A stretch of 64,000 nt of DNA from Candidatus Eremiobacteria bacterium (GTDB lineage Bacteria; Vulcanimicrobiota; Vulcanimicrobiia; Vulcanimicrobiales; Vulcanimicrobiaceae): positions 64,001-128,000 of the forward strand of contig CAVWUU010000001.1 in NCBI GenBank assembly GCA_963758295.1, written 5' to 3'. The notes beneath the pieces are model-generated. The model was not told the origin of the DNA. It did no database searches and saw nothing but the letters and a program-made list of their open reading frames with translations. A program made the translations under genes and the position numbers. Each line of letters opens with the position of its first letter. The first letter of the stretch is position 1. This document shows, piece after piece, positions 10,055 through 18,862 of the stretch.

Positions 10055-10107
10055 CTTGCCGCGCGGTTCTTGAGGAATTAGAAGCCTTCCTATGGTATGG
10101 ATGGCCT

Positions 10108-10743
10108 ATGGAAATCGGCTCCGTCGCCAACATCTGGCGATACCCGGTGAAAAGCTTACGCGGCGATTCGCTGGAAAGCACCGTCGTCCAAAACGACGGA
10201 ATTCCGGGCGATCGGGCTCGCGCACTGGTCGTGCGCGACGGGCACGTCCGCGCCGGAAAAACGTATCGCGGCAAAGAGAACAACGTCTTGCACCTCCAAA
10301 ACGCGGTGGACGCGGCCGTGTCTGCCGCGCAGGAGCGCGGCGTAGAGGTGAGCGTGGAAGACACGGAATTGCATTACTTCGACGATGCGCCCGTATCGAT
10401 TCTCGTGGACCGGTGGCTGCGCGGACTTTCCGCGCACGTCGGCTTCGAGGTAGAGCCGGAACGATTCCGGCCAAACTTTTTCGTTCGGGGGGCCGCGTCT
10501 TTCACCACTGACGAAGCGGCGCTCACCGGGCGCGAGTTGTGTGTGGGTGACGTGTGGCTGCGCGTTCGTTATCCAATCGAACGATGCGTCGTAACCACCT
10601 ACGACCAGCGCACGGGCGAAAGCAATTCCGAGATCTTGCGGTACGTTGCGCAAAATCGCTCGACGTGGATGGGAATCTATTGCGACGTGCTGCGCGCCGG
10701 CACCGTGCGAATCGGCGATTCGCTGGCGCTCGCCGAGCGGTGA
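10108..10743 (+). CDS. MOSC domain protein
   Basis: IWRYPVKSLRG, GDR, RFRPNF, RCVVTT, G.Y..VLRAGTVRIGD. Confidence 0.9.
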   Translation: MEIGSVANIWRYPVKSLRGDSLESTVVQNDGIPGDRARALVVRDGHVRAGKTYRGKENNVLHLQNAVDAAVSAAQERGVEVSVEDTELHYFDDAPVSILVDRWLRGLSAHVGFEVEPERFRPNFFVRGAASFTTDEAALTGRELCVGDVWLRVRYPIERCVVTTYDQRTGESNSEILRYVAQNRSTWMGIYCDVLRAGTVRIGDSLALAER

Positions 10744-11033
10744 ACGTCACGCACGATCTTTTCCAGCGCGTCGATATAGGATAAAAACCGTTCCCGTCCG
10801 GCGGAGGTGATGCGGACGATCGTTTGCGGGCGGCCCCGCCCGGTCAACCGTTCGGTGGCGACGATATGCTCTTCGGCCAACGCGTGCAGATGGCGATTCA
10901 AATTTCCGTCGGTAAGTTCGCACACTTCTTGCAGTTGCGTGAAAGAGACGCCACCGGCATTGGCGACGAGCGTGGAACAAATCGCGAGACGGCCGCGCTC
11001 GTGGAAAACGCGATCGAGATTCGTCGCGCTCAT
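10677..11033 (-). CDS. Winged-helix transcriptional regulator (MarR/ArsR-like, HTH_34 type)
   Basis: LDRVFHERGRLAICSTL...FTQLQEVCELTDGNLNRHL...GRERFLSYIDALE; ATGA overlap with the upstream gene. Confidence 0.85.
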   Translation of the reverse strand: MSATNLDRVFHERGRLAICSTLVANAGGVSFTQLQEVCELTDGNLNRHLHALAEEHIVATERLTGRGRPQTIVRITSAGRERFLSYIDALEKIVRDVHRSASASESPIRTVPARSTSQ

Positions 11034-11635
11034 GGGTTCACGACCCGTTCGCGCAAAAGCATCACGCCGATCGCCATTTGACCGGCGCCGAATCCGAGCG
11101 GCAACACCCACCACGACAGTGCAAACGAAGCGGGAGCGAACAATAGCCCCATTCCCGCAAACATGAACAAGGCCGCAACGGCAATTGCGCCTCGCGGAAT
11201 CATCGTCCGCGAAGCAAAAAGCCCAACGCCGTAACAGCCGAACCAGATGCCGGGCAGATACGAGATGTGTCCGCCTTGCAGTAAGGCAAATGAAATGGCG
11301 GCGCCAAGAACGAGCGCCGGAAGAATTGCCAGACCGACCGTGCGCGTTTGCCAGCGATCCCGCGCGCTCGCATCGCTTACGAACCAATGCGCGATCGCGC
11401 CGTAGTTCACGATCGCCGCGCCTGCGCAGCAAACCAGCCAAATGGCAAAGTACTGCCGGCCTTGCATCGCCGTTTGCGGCAACGGCACCATCAACGCTTG
11501 AACGGCCCCTGCGACGAGCGCGAAGACGCCCGATGCGGCCGCAGCGACCCCGGAGTATCCCTTGAAGCGCTGCGTCATTGCCAGGCGCTCCCGCACCTCG
11601 GCAATATCGATCAGAGCGCGCTCGATCTCGGTCAT
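11030..11635 (-). CDS. Membrane protein co-transcribed with the wHTH regulator
   Basis: About six hydrophobic helices; ALIDIAEVRERL N-terminus; translational coupling. Confidence 0.7.
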   Translation of the reverse strand: MTEIERALIDIAEVRERLAMTQRFKGYSGVAAAASGVFALVAGAVQALMVPLPQTAMQGRQYFAIWLVCCAGAAIVNYGAIAHWFVSDASARDRWQTRTVGLAILPALVLGAAISFALLQGGHISYLPGIWFGCYGVGLFASRTMIPRGAIAVAALFMFAGMGLLFAPASFALSWWVLPLGFGAGQMAIGVMLLRERVVNP

Positions 11636-11642
11636 GTCAGTA

Positions 11643-11657
11643 CTTTGTACCACAAAG
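11643..11657. promoter_or_regulatory. Inverted repeat, putative operator of the wHTH regulator
   Basis: CTTTGT-ACC-ACAAAG, 7 bp upstream of ATG 11635. Confidence 0.5.
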
Positions 11658-11711
11658 CCGCCGCCCGCTCAACGGCGCCGGGCGCCCGCTTCCGGGCACT
11701 TTATCTTTTGC

Positions 11712-12392
11712 ATGAATCGTTCGCAGCGCGGGTTTGCCACGATCGAACTGCTGGTCTCCGCGGCAATAGCGTTCTTCCTGATCTGGGGCCTAATCGCAGT
11801 CGCCAATCGCTGCGCGGCATGGGCAGCGTCCGAAAATGCAACGCTTGCCGGGCAGAGCGCTGCGGCTACGCTCGCGGAGCGGCTCGGAAGCGAGGCGGAC
11901 AGCTCCTGGGCCGTCTTCGTTCCCACGAACGACGTCCTCGGCGCATCGAACGGGGACGGACATGAAGTAGATTTTTTCACCGAGGACGGCGCACATCGAC
12001 CTTTCGCATGGGCATACCGCTACGATGCTGCCTCCAGGCTCGTCACGCGTTACAGCTATGCCCCTGGCATTGGTGCGCAGGCTGGTGAATCCGCCGGTCC
12101 GTTTGATTCGTTTGCAGCCGTTGCGGTCGCCGCGCCGAGCATCACAGCGGACCGGCTCTTTGCCGGCGCATCGGTTCCCGGCGTGCAATACCACTTCGAC
12201 ACCATGCCCGAAGCGATCGGCGGAAACGGCTTAGTGCACGTGGCGATTCGCGCGCGCGGTATCGTGGAGAACGAAATGCTGGCGAGTGCGACGGCGCCGA
12301 CCTCTTTTACCGTCGTTCTGAATTACACGCCGGCTCCGCCGCCCGCAACGCCCACGCCTGGGGCGATTCCGACGTTGACGCCTACGCCGTAA
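11712..12392 (+). CDS. Prepilin-type N-terminal cleavage/methylation protein (minor pilin/pseudopilin)
   Basis: MNRSQRG|FATIELLV class III signal followed by a hydrophobic helix; Pro/Thr-rich tail. Confidence 0.75.
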   Translation: MNRSQRGFATIELLVSAAIAFFLIWGLIAVANRCAAWAASENATLAGQSAAATLAERLGSEADSSWAVFVPTNDVLGASNGDGHEVDFFTEDGAHRPFAWAYRYDAASRLVTRYSYAPGIGAQAGESAGPFDSFAAVAVAAPSITADRLFAGASVPGVQYHFDTMPEAIGGNGLVHVAIRARGIVENEMLASATAPTSFTVVLNYTPAPPPATPTPGAIPTLTPTP

Positions 12393-13005
12393 CCGAAGCG
12401 CGCTCCATGAGTTCGGCGAGGGCCGCGTCATTTTCGCGATTTGTCGACCGCAGGCCGGCGATTGCGCCGTCACGATCTTCGGCCGCACGATTTTGACTCA
12501 GTTTAAACTTCACGTCCAATGCATCGACCGTGAAATGTACACCGACGATGCCCTTCAGCTGCGATTCGATGTACTTCGGATTCGCGGAGTCGATCGACCA
12601 CGCGTCCTCACCGTCGCCTTCGTTGATTTCCGTGAGCAACTGAAGAATCTGAAGCGTTTCTTCATCGCCGGTGACGCGCGCCGATGCGCTTACATGGACG
12701 ACGGCATAGTTCCACGTAGGAACGTTGTCCGGTGGTTCGACGTACCAACGCGGCGAAATATAGCCATGCGGCCCGTGAAACAGTAGCGTTGCGCCGCACG
12801 CTTCAACGTCTTTCCAATGTCGGTTCGCGCGCGCAAAGTGCGCACCAACGATCAATTGCGGCGTTTGGGCGACAATGACGCACGGCAGATAAGAAATGCG
12901 CGGATTGCCCTCAACGATGCTTACGATCGTTGCGAAGGGATACTCGCGCATGAGGCGCACCGCGTCGTCTTGCCCCGTTATGCGAAAAGGCACCGGTACG
13001 TACAT
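12382..13005 (-). CDS. paiB: FMN-binding negative transcriptional regulator (PaiB family)
   Basis: MYVP..F, HFARAN, GPHGYISPRWY, VPTWNYAVVH, KFKLSQN. Confidence 0.9.
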   Translation of the reverse strand: MYVPVPFRITGQDDAVRLMREYPFATIVSIVEGNPRISYLPCVIVAQTPQLIVGAHFARANRHWKDVEACGATLLFHGPHGYISPRWYVEPPDNVPTWNYAVVHVSASARVTGDEETLQILQLLTEINEGDGEDAWSIDSANPKYIESQLKGIVGVHFTVDALDVKFKLSQNRAAEDRDGAIAGLRSTNRENDAALAELMERASVTA

Positions 13006-13053
13006 GAAAGTGAATTTGCGGAGGCCCGGTGCCCACTCCTTGAACGCACCCTG

Positions 13054-14304
13054 CTAGAAGGCCGTGATGCCGTTCGGCGTTCCGACGCCTGTTGGACCGT
13101 CGTAGCCTTTGCCGGAATGGCAGATATACGTAATCGTGCATGTGCCGTTGCTGCCGCTAACGACGTCGTTCAACGAAGCCGTACCTAGATGTTTCCAAAG
13201 GCTTTGCGCCGCGATCAGCGTTTTTGCATTTCCCGCAAGGGCGTAGACGGACGCGACGATCGGACTCGACGTGCTCGTTCCTCCGAATACGAGCCAGCCG
13301 GAATAGCCGTTGACCGGGATGCTGTCGTAGACGGCGACGCCCGTATTGGGATCGGCAACGGCCGCAATGTCGGCTTCGGAACGTTTATGACACGTGAGAT
13401 CCGTCTGCCATGCCGGCTTGGTCACGTACGCGCTGCAGCCGCTGCCGCTTCCGCTCCATGCCGTTTCGCTCCAGCCGCGTGTCGTGGAAGAACGTCTGAG
13501 AGTCGTTCCGCCGACGCACACCACGGTTGCATACGAACACGGTTGATGCGCGCCATAGCCGCTGTCGCCCGATGATGCGGTGATAATGACGCCCGCGTGC
13601 GAATACGATGCGTTGGCCGAGACGTATTCGCTGCCGTCGTAGCTATTGCTCACTTCCGTCGCGCCGAGTTTGACCGCTTCGTTTACCGCTGCAGCCAGGT
13701 TCGTTGATGCAGCGGTGGACGCTTCGACGAGAAGAATGTGACAGTTCGGACACGTCGCCGAAACCATATCCAAATCGAGCGAAATCTCTTGCGCCCACCC
13801 TGGATTTGCAGCCGGAAGTGCGGTTGCGCTACCGGTTTGGCCAACTTTGCGGAAACAGCCATTGGCGATCGTGCAGGCCGGCAGTGCGAAGCGCGTGCGA
13901 TATACGGCTAAATCTTTGGCCGCATTCGGATCGTCGTACGCATCGACGATTGCGACAGTTTGGCCGTGGCCGCCGGTCGACGACGGAAGTTTGTATGCGC
14001 TTTGAATCGAGGATGGCCCGTAGCCAGGAGGTGCGCTTATGGCTTCGGCGCTTTCGCGGCCCGGCGGCGCGAGATCGGTGCGAAATTCTGCATCGCATCG
14101 CATGTCGTCGCCCGGTAATAACGCAGCGCACGACTGCATGACGTTCGCCGCAAGCGTTGCCGGCGCACTATCGAGCGACGGAACGACACCTAACGGAGAA
14201 GATGAGTTTGCGCCGCTACAAGCGGCCAACAGCAGAGCAACGGCCGCTCCAAAAAAGAAGCGTGGAAAATGAAGGCGGGACAAGTGGGGAACCTCCTGGG
14301 ACAC
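13054..14304 (-). CDS. S53 (sedolisin-like) serine peptidase, lipoprotein
   Basis: Lipobox LAAC; EISLDLD (Glu/Asp), SSGDSG, GGTS (Ser), YDGPTGVGTP. Confidence 0.85.
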   Translation of the reverse strand: MSQEVPHLSRLHFPRFFFGAAVALLLAACSGANSSSPLGVVPSLDSAPATLAANVMQSCAALLPGDDMRCDAEFRTDLAPPGRESAEAISAPPGYGPSSIQSAYKLPSSTGGHGQTVAIVDAYDDPNAAKDLAVYRTRFALPACTIANGCFRKVGQTGSATALPAANPGWAQEISLDLDMVSATCPNCHILLVEASTAASTNLAAAVNEAVKLGATEVSNSYDGSEYVSANASYSHAGVIITASSGDSGYGAHQPCSYATVVCVGGTTLRRSSTTRGWSETAWSGSGSGCSAYVTKPAWQTDLTCHKRSEADIAAVADPNTGVAVYDSIPVNGYSGWLVFGGTSTSSPIVASVYALAGNAKTLIAAQSLWKHLGTASLNDVVSGSNGTCTITYICHSGKGYDGPTGVGTPNGITAF

Positions 14305-14343
14305 CCATTGAACCCGCTGCTCCGTGGTTGCGTCAAGAGTTTG

Positions 14344-15150
14344 TTACATTTTTCCCTGTTTTACGCAACTGTACAGAGCTAAATAGCAATCAGGCGCAAT
14401 GTCGAGCGTCGCTTGAATGGGCGTAACTTCGCACGAGCCCAGTTTCTCGTGAAAGATCAAAAACGGCGGCGTCTTTGCGGGAATGATAATCTGCCACCGG
14501 TCCCATGCCGCGCGAAATTCGGGGCTTTCTCGCATGACGCTTAAGAGTTCTTCGAAATGCGTGTCGCCGCGATACTTGCAATAAAGCGCGCGGAAACTTG
14601 CTACCGCGTTGATCGAAACTTTCTCCCAATTTACGTACAGCTTGCGCCGCGCCGGATCGAAGAACATGCGCCACAGCAAATTGCGTTCGAGCGGTGAGCT
14701 GCCCGCGTGATAATCAAAGATCTCCTCGGTGAAAGCGTTCCACACCAGCAGGTCCAAGCGCGGCGTCGCAATGTACGCCGGTGCATGCACGTGCGACTCA
14801 ACGAGCGTACGCAACACGTTCGGAACTCCCGGGTTGAGCGTGCAGCGTTGCGGCTCCTCACGCAACAGCGTGTGCATGAAGTCGATTTCGGAATCACTGA
14901 ACCGCAGTGCAGTGCCGATCTTATCCAACACTTCCGGCGAAATGTTGATAGGGCGCGCTTGCTCGATCCAGGTGTACCACGTGGTAGAAATTCCCGCGAG
15001 CGACGCGACTTCTTCGCGGCGCAATCCCGGAACGTGGCGGCGCGTCGTTTGCGTCAGGCCGACGTCCAGAGGCCGCACGGACGAACGCCGCGCGCGCAAA
15101 AAGGCCGCCAGATCTTGACGCCGCGCGTCCGCGACAAGGGTATCGAGCAT
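14344..15150 (-). CDS. XRE-family HTH regulator with MmyB-like ligand-binding domain
   Basis: FLRARR...GLRREEVASLAGISTTWYTWIEQAR; PAY...DLLVWN; NLLWRMF. Confidence 0.9.
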   Translation of the reverse strand: MLDTLVADARRQDLAAFLRARRSSVRPLDVGLTQTTRRHVPGLRREEVASLAGISTTWYTWIEQARPINISPEVLDKIGTALRFSDSEIDFMHTLLREEPQRCTLNPGVPNVLRTLVESHVHAPAYIATPRLDLLVWNAFTEEIFDYHAGSSPLERNLLWRMFFDPARRKLYVNWEKVSINAVASFRALYCKYRGDTHFEELLSVMRESPEFRAAWDRWQIIIPAKTPPFLIFHEKLGSCEVTPIQATLDIAPDCYLALYSCVKQGKM

Positions 15151-15233
15151 CGAACTCGGTCTCCGTGGGTAGCTGCGGTACTAGTATTGCTGAGGGCCTT
15201 GTTTACCAGGCGGGCCTGACGTAGCCTGCTAAC

Positions 15234-15566
15234 ATGAGCGCTTCGCTGCGCGCGACCGTAGTTGGACTTCGTCACGTAGAAGACGAGGTGAGTCTGGCGC
15301 GTTCCAAACCGAGCAAGCAGGCCTTGGACACGATCTCGCAAGTTCTGGTTAACGTCAGCGGAGCACGCGAGCAATTGCGCGAGGTCCACCAGAGTGCGGC
15401 ACCCGAGCGCCGGAAGCAGCTCTCACGCGCCTTGCAGCATCTCGAAAGCGCCCTGGAAGCGGCGAATACCGCTCTCCGGCCCGGCGGCGAAGACCGGCTT
15501 CAAGGCTGCCTCAACGAGATCGTCGAGCACCTCGTCATCGCGACGACCTGCGCCTCGGACGAGTAG
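15234..15566 (+). CDS. Small helical hypothetical protein
   Basis: 110-aa ORF divergent from the regulator; TAGCCT -10-like element 6 nt before the ATG. Confidence 0.55.
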   Translation: MSASLRATVVGLRHVEDEVSLARSKPSKQALDTISQVLVNVSGAREQLREVHQSAAPERRKQLSRALQHLESALEAANTALRPGGEDRLQGCLNEIVEHLVIATTCASDE

Positions 15567-15605
15567 CAGCAGCCGCTCCGCCCGCACCGCGGGTATGCAA
15601 AGAGC

Positions 15606-16493
15606 GTGATCTACGAGCTCTGCGGCCATCGCATCGACGTTCCGCACGCGACCAAGGTTCTCTGGGCCGGACCCCGCTATACGGTTGACGATCTAATTCG
15701 TTACTACACGGCCGTCTGGCCCTGGATGGAACCCTACCTAGCCGATCGTCCGGTTGTCTACGAAACGTTTCCCGGTACGATCGACGGCCCGCACGACTTC
15801 CAACAGGATCCGCCGCCGCACACTCCGCGGTGGATAAAGCGAGTAAAGATCGCCGGCCGGGAACGCACCGTCACGTACGTCGTCATCGATACGCCGGCCG
15901 CAATCGTGTATTTGGCCGGTCTTTACGCGGTTACGCTCCATGTTTGGATGTCAACGACGCGCGCGATTGAGCGTCCCGACTTTCTGCTGCTCGACCTCGA
16001 TCCCGGAATCGACTGCACGCTGGCACGCCTTGCGCGCGTTTCGTTGATGGCGCGCGATATCTTCAAAACAAACGGCTTCCGCGACGTCAGGGTAAAAAGT
16101 TCGGGCGCCAGCGGTTTGCACGTTTCGGCAGCGCTTGAATCGAAAGAAGCGTATCCGGCAGCTCGAGCTGCCGCGCGCGGGCTTGCGGCACAGCTCTTTG
16201 AAATGCTGCCGCGCGACGTAACACTGGAACGCGCAATTAGCGTTCGTCCGTCCAATGCGGTTTACGTGGACTTCAATCAAATGGGACGTGGAATGACGAT
16301 CGTTCCACCGTTTTCTGCGCGCGCGTCCAACAACGCGTCGGTCGCCATGCCCCTCACTTGGGATGAAATCGACGAACACGCTCGGAGCAAAAGCCGCCGG
16401 CCGCCGGCGGGCGCGCTTGCCCGCTATACGATTAAGAGCGCCGTTCCGTTCCTGCAACGGCACGGCGATCCGTGGATGCGCGACGTTCGCTAA
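15606..16493 (+). CDS. Stand-alone LigD-type primase-polymerase domain protein
   Basis: DLIRYY, PDFLLLDLDP, KSSGASGLHV, VYVDFNQ, PFSAR, VAMPLTWDEI. Confidence 0.85.
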   Translation: MIYELCGHRIDVPHATKVLWAGPRYTVDDLIRYYTAVWPWMEPYLADRPVVYETFPGTIDGPHDFQQDPPPHTPRWIKRVKIAGRERTVTYVVIDTPAAIVYLAGLYAVTLHVWMSTTRAIERPDFLLLDLDPGIDCTLARLARVSLMARDIFKTNGFRDVRVKSSGASGLHVSAALESKEAYPAARAAARGLAAQLFEMLPRDVTLERAISVRPSNAVYVDFNQMGRGMTIVPPFSARASNNASVAMPLTWDEIDEHARSKSRRPPAGALARYTIKSAVPFLQRHGDPWMRDVR

Positions 16494-16544
16494 AACTCTT
16501 CCAAGCAAGTTCAGCGCTTTGCATCGCCTTCCGATGCACAACTT

Positions 16545-17801
16545 ATGGCCCGCGGTGTTTTGCAACTGCGCGATTTTCGCATGCTCTTAGGCGGACAATT
16601 CGTTTCGGATTACGGGCGGCAGCTTTCGATTTTTGCGCTGCCGACAATCGCCATTTTGAGTCTCCATGCACCCGCGTTGACCGTTACCGCGATCAACGGG
16701 CTTGAGTGGGCCGTAATTCCGCTCTTCGCTTTGATTGCGGGGGTGCTGATCGACCGTTGGCAGCGACGACGAACGATGATTGCCGCGAACATCATCCGGA
16801 CGATCGCCCTTGCGACCATTCCCGTAGCCGTCTTCTTTCACGCGCTTTCGGTAGCGCAACTGTTCGCCACGGCGCTCGTCGTGAGTCTCGCGTCGCTGTT
16901 TTTCGACACGGCATATCAACCGTTTCTCGCGTTCCTCGTCGGAAGGCAAGCCTACGCTGAAGGCAACGCGCGGATGACTATGAGCTATTGCGTGGCAAGC
17001 GCCCTAGGCAACGGCACAGGCGGTCCGATAGTTCAAGCGCTAGGCGCTCCGCTTGCCGTTCTCACGAATATCACGACGTACATTACCGGCACGATCGCTC
17101 TTCTCTCGATTCGAAAGCCGGAGATGCGCATTCAAGCGTCCGAGGATCGTTCTTTCCGGCGCGAGTTCCGTGAAGGAGCGCGCATCGTGTGGGGAGATCC
17201 GCTTCTTCGCCGGCTCGCCTTTACGTCGGCGACCTTTTATTTTGGCGGATCGATCGTGGACGCGGTGCTTCCGCTCTACGTCTACCGCTCGCTGCATCAG
17301 ACGCCGCTGTTCTTCGGCGCGATTCTCGCGGTGGCGAGTTGCGGGCTGTTCGGCGGCGCGCTTGCCGCGCGTCTGGCGAAGCGCGCAGGCGCGCTGTCGT
17401 TGTTGCCGTTCGCCATCGTGCTCGTTGCGATCGGGCACGCGATCACGACGGCTGCGGTGCTGCCGGTCGCGGCGATTCTCATCGGCCGCACGCTAATCGC
17501 TTGTGCCGCGCCCACGTACGACGTCATGGTGCAAACGATTGCCACGGAACGCGCTCACGATCATCAACTCGGCCGACTGAACGCGGCCATGCGGACGATT
17601 ACGAATGCCCCGATTCCGCTCGGCTGTATGCTCGGTGGCTTTCTGAGCGGCTTCATCGGATTTCACGGCGCAATGCTTTTCGGTGCGTCCGCGTGCCTAG
17701 TGAGTCTCGTCGTCTTCCTCGCTCTGCAAGCACAAACGGGTAGAAACGATTCGTGCTTGCCCTCGACGACGCCGATCTCCGCAATGCAGTCCGCCGCCTA
17801 G
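16545..17801 (+). CDS. MFS transporter (EntS/DHA3-like exporter)
   Basis: About 12 TM helices; AGVLIDRWQRRRTMI motif A; LGRLNA...PLG. Confidence 0.9.
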   Translation: MARGVLQLRDFRMLLGGQFVSDYGRQLSIFALPTIAILSLHAPALTVTAINGLEWAVIPLFALIAGVLIDRWQRRRTMIAANIIRTIALATIPVAVFFHALSVAQLFATALVVSLASLFFDTAYQPFLAFLVGRQAYAEGNARMTMSYCVASALGNGTGGPIVQALGAPLAVLTNITTYITGTIALLSIRKPEMRIQASEDRSFRREFREGARIVWGDPLLRRLAFTSATFYFGGSIVDAVLPLYVYRSLHQTPLFFGAILAVASCGLFGGALAARLAKRAGALSLLPFAIVLVAIGHAITTAAVLPVAAILIGRTLIACAAPTYDVMVQTIATERAHDHQLGRLNAAMRTITNAPIPLGCMLGGFLSGFIGFHGAMLFGASACLVSLVVFLALQAQTGRNDSCLPSTTPISAMQSAA

Positions 17802-18862
17802 CGGTCGATCCCGCGATTGCGGGACGTTACCGCTTAGACCAGGTAATCGAACGCAATTTCGCGGCGCTCGCAAAAATGGCCGAAATGCGGCCGCCCTTGC
17901 AATTTGGTTACAGCGTCAAGACGAACCCCGATCGCGCATTCGTCGCTGCCGCACGTAGCGCCGGGCTCTTTGCAGAAGTAATCAGCCCGCAAGAATTAGC
18001 GCTCGCTTTGGAATTCGGCTTCGGGACGCGGACGATTTATAACGGTCCGTGGCCTGCGTGGCGAGCCGGCGCTTCTCCCGGGATTGTCTTCGCTGACAGC
18101 CTGCAAGCTTTCAACGAAAACGCGCGCCGTTTACCGGACGCTTTGTGCGGCCTTCGTGTGCGACCGGCGAGGATCGAATCGCGCTTCGGCGTTACGCGGG
18201 AACAACTTGGTGAAGTAATTCAGGCGGTTCGTGCGGCCCAGCGCAGTCGCATCGCCGTTTCGTTTCACGTGCGTCCCGAAGATTACGGCGATCGCAGCTG
18301 GCGCGACATCGTTCAAGAAGTCGCAGCTTTCGGCAGGGAGCTAGAACGGAACGCGAGCGCGCGAATTGTCGCCTTCGACGCAGGCGGCGGCCGCACGCCG
18401 GGAGATTTTGACCAAGGTATCGCGGCAGGCGACCTCGCTTGGTTAGCGCAGACCATCACGACGGAGTTGTCCGCCGTCGAAGCAATCTATATGGAGCCGG
18501 GACAAGCGGTCGCGACGCCATGTGCCGTCTATGTCGCTCCGGTGTTGGAACGTCGCCCCGGTGAAGCGATCGTAGCAGCCGGTTATCCGGAGGTCTCGCA
18601 GATTCACGCCTTTCCGCACCGGGTGCTTGCTATCCATGCCGATGGGGAAGTCGAGATGCTGCAAACCGGTGCGGATCGTATATTAGGCAGAACGTGTCTC
18701 GAGTATGACGTCATTCGCAACGACGTTCACCTGCCGTCATCAATGGAGTCTGTAGTAGCAATCGTCGTAGCCGATGCGGGCGCATACGACTCCAGTATGG
18801 CTTTTAGTTTTTCCCTTGGTGGGAATAAGAAGCGCGATGACCTCGGAGCTCCCGGACGCTAG
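17753..18862 (+). CDS. PLP-dependent Orn/DAP/Arg decarboxylase family protein (alanine-racemase fold)
   Basis: YSVKTNP (PLP Lys), YNGP, SRFG, FH, DAGGG, EPGQ, GRTCLEYD, AGAY. Confidence 0.8.
   Translation: MLALDDADLRNAVRRLAVDPAIAGRYRLDQVIERNFAALAKMAEMRPPLQFGYSVKTNPDRAFVAAARSAGLFAEVISPQELALALEFGFGTRTIYNGPWPAWRAGASPGIVFADSLQAFNENARRLPDALCGLRVRPARIESRFGVTREQLGEVIQAVRAAQRSRIAVSFHVRPEDYGDRSWRDIVQEVAAFGRELERNASARIVAFDAGGGRTPGDFDQGIAAGDLAWLAQTITTELSAVEAIYMEPGQAVATPCAVYVAPVLERRPGEAIVAAGYPEVSQIHAFPHRVLAIHADGEVEMLQTGADRILGRTCLEYDVIRNDVHLPSSMESVVAIVVADAGAYDSSMAFSFSLGGNKKRDDLGAPGR

Noticed and set aside
15177..15190. TACTAGTA palindrome between the MmyB-like regulator and its divergent gene
   Set aside because: Only 8 bp and also explained as a -10 element; similar GGTACTAG text occurs before dnaX/recQ.
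16494..16544. Guanidine riboswitch ahead of the DUF1989-containing operon
   Set aside because: Gap too short for guanidine-I and no twin ACGR-loop hairpins; an Rfam scan would be needed to exclude it fully.
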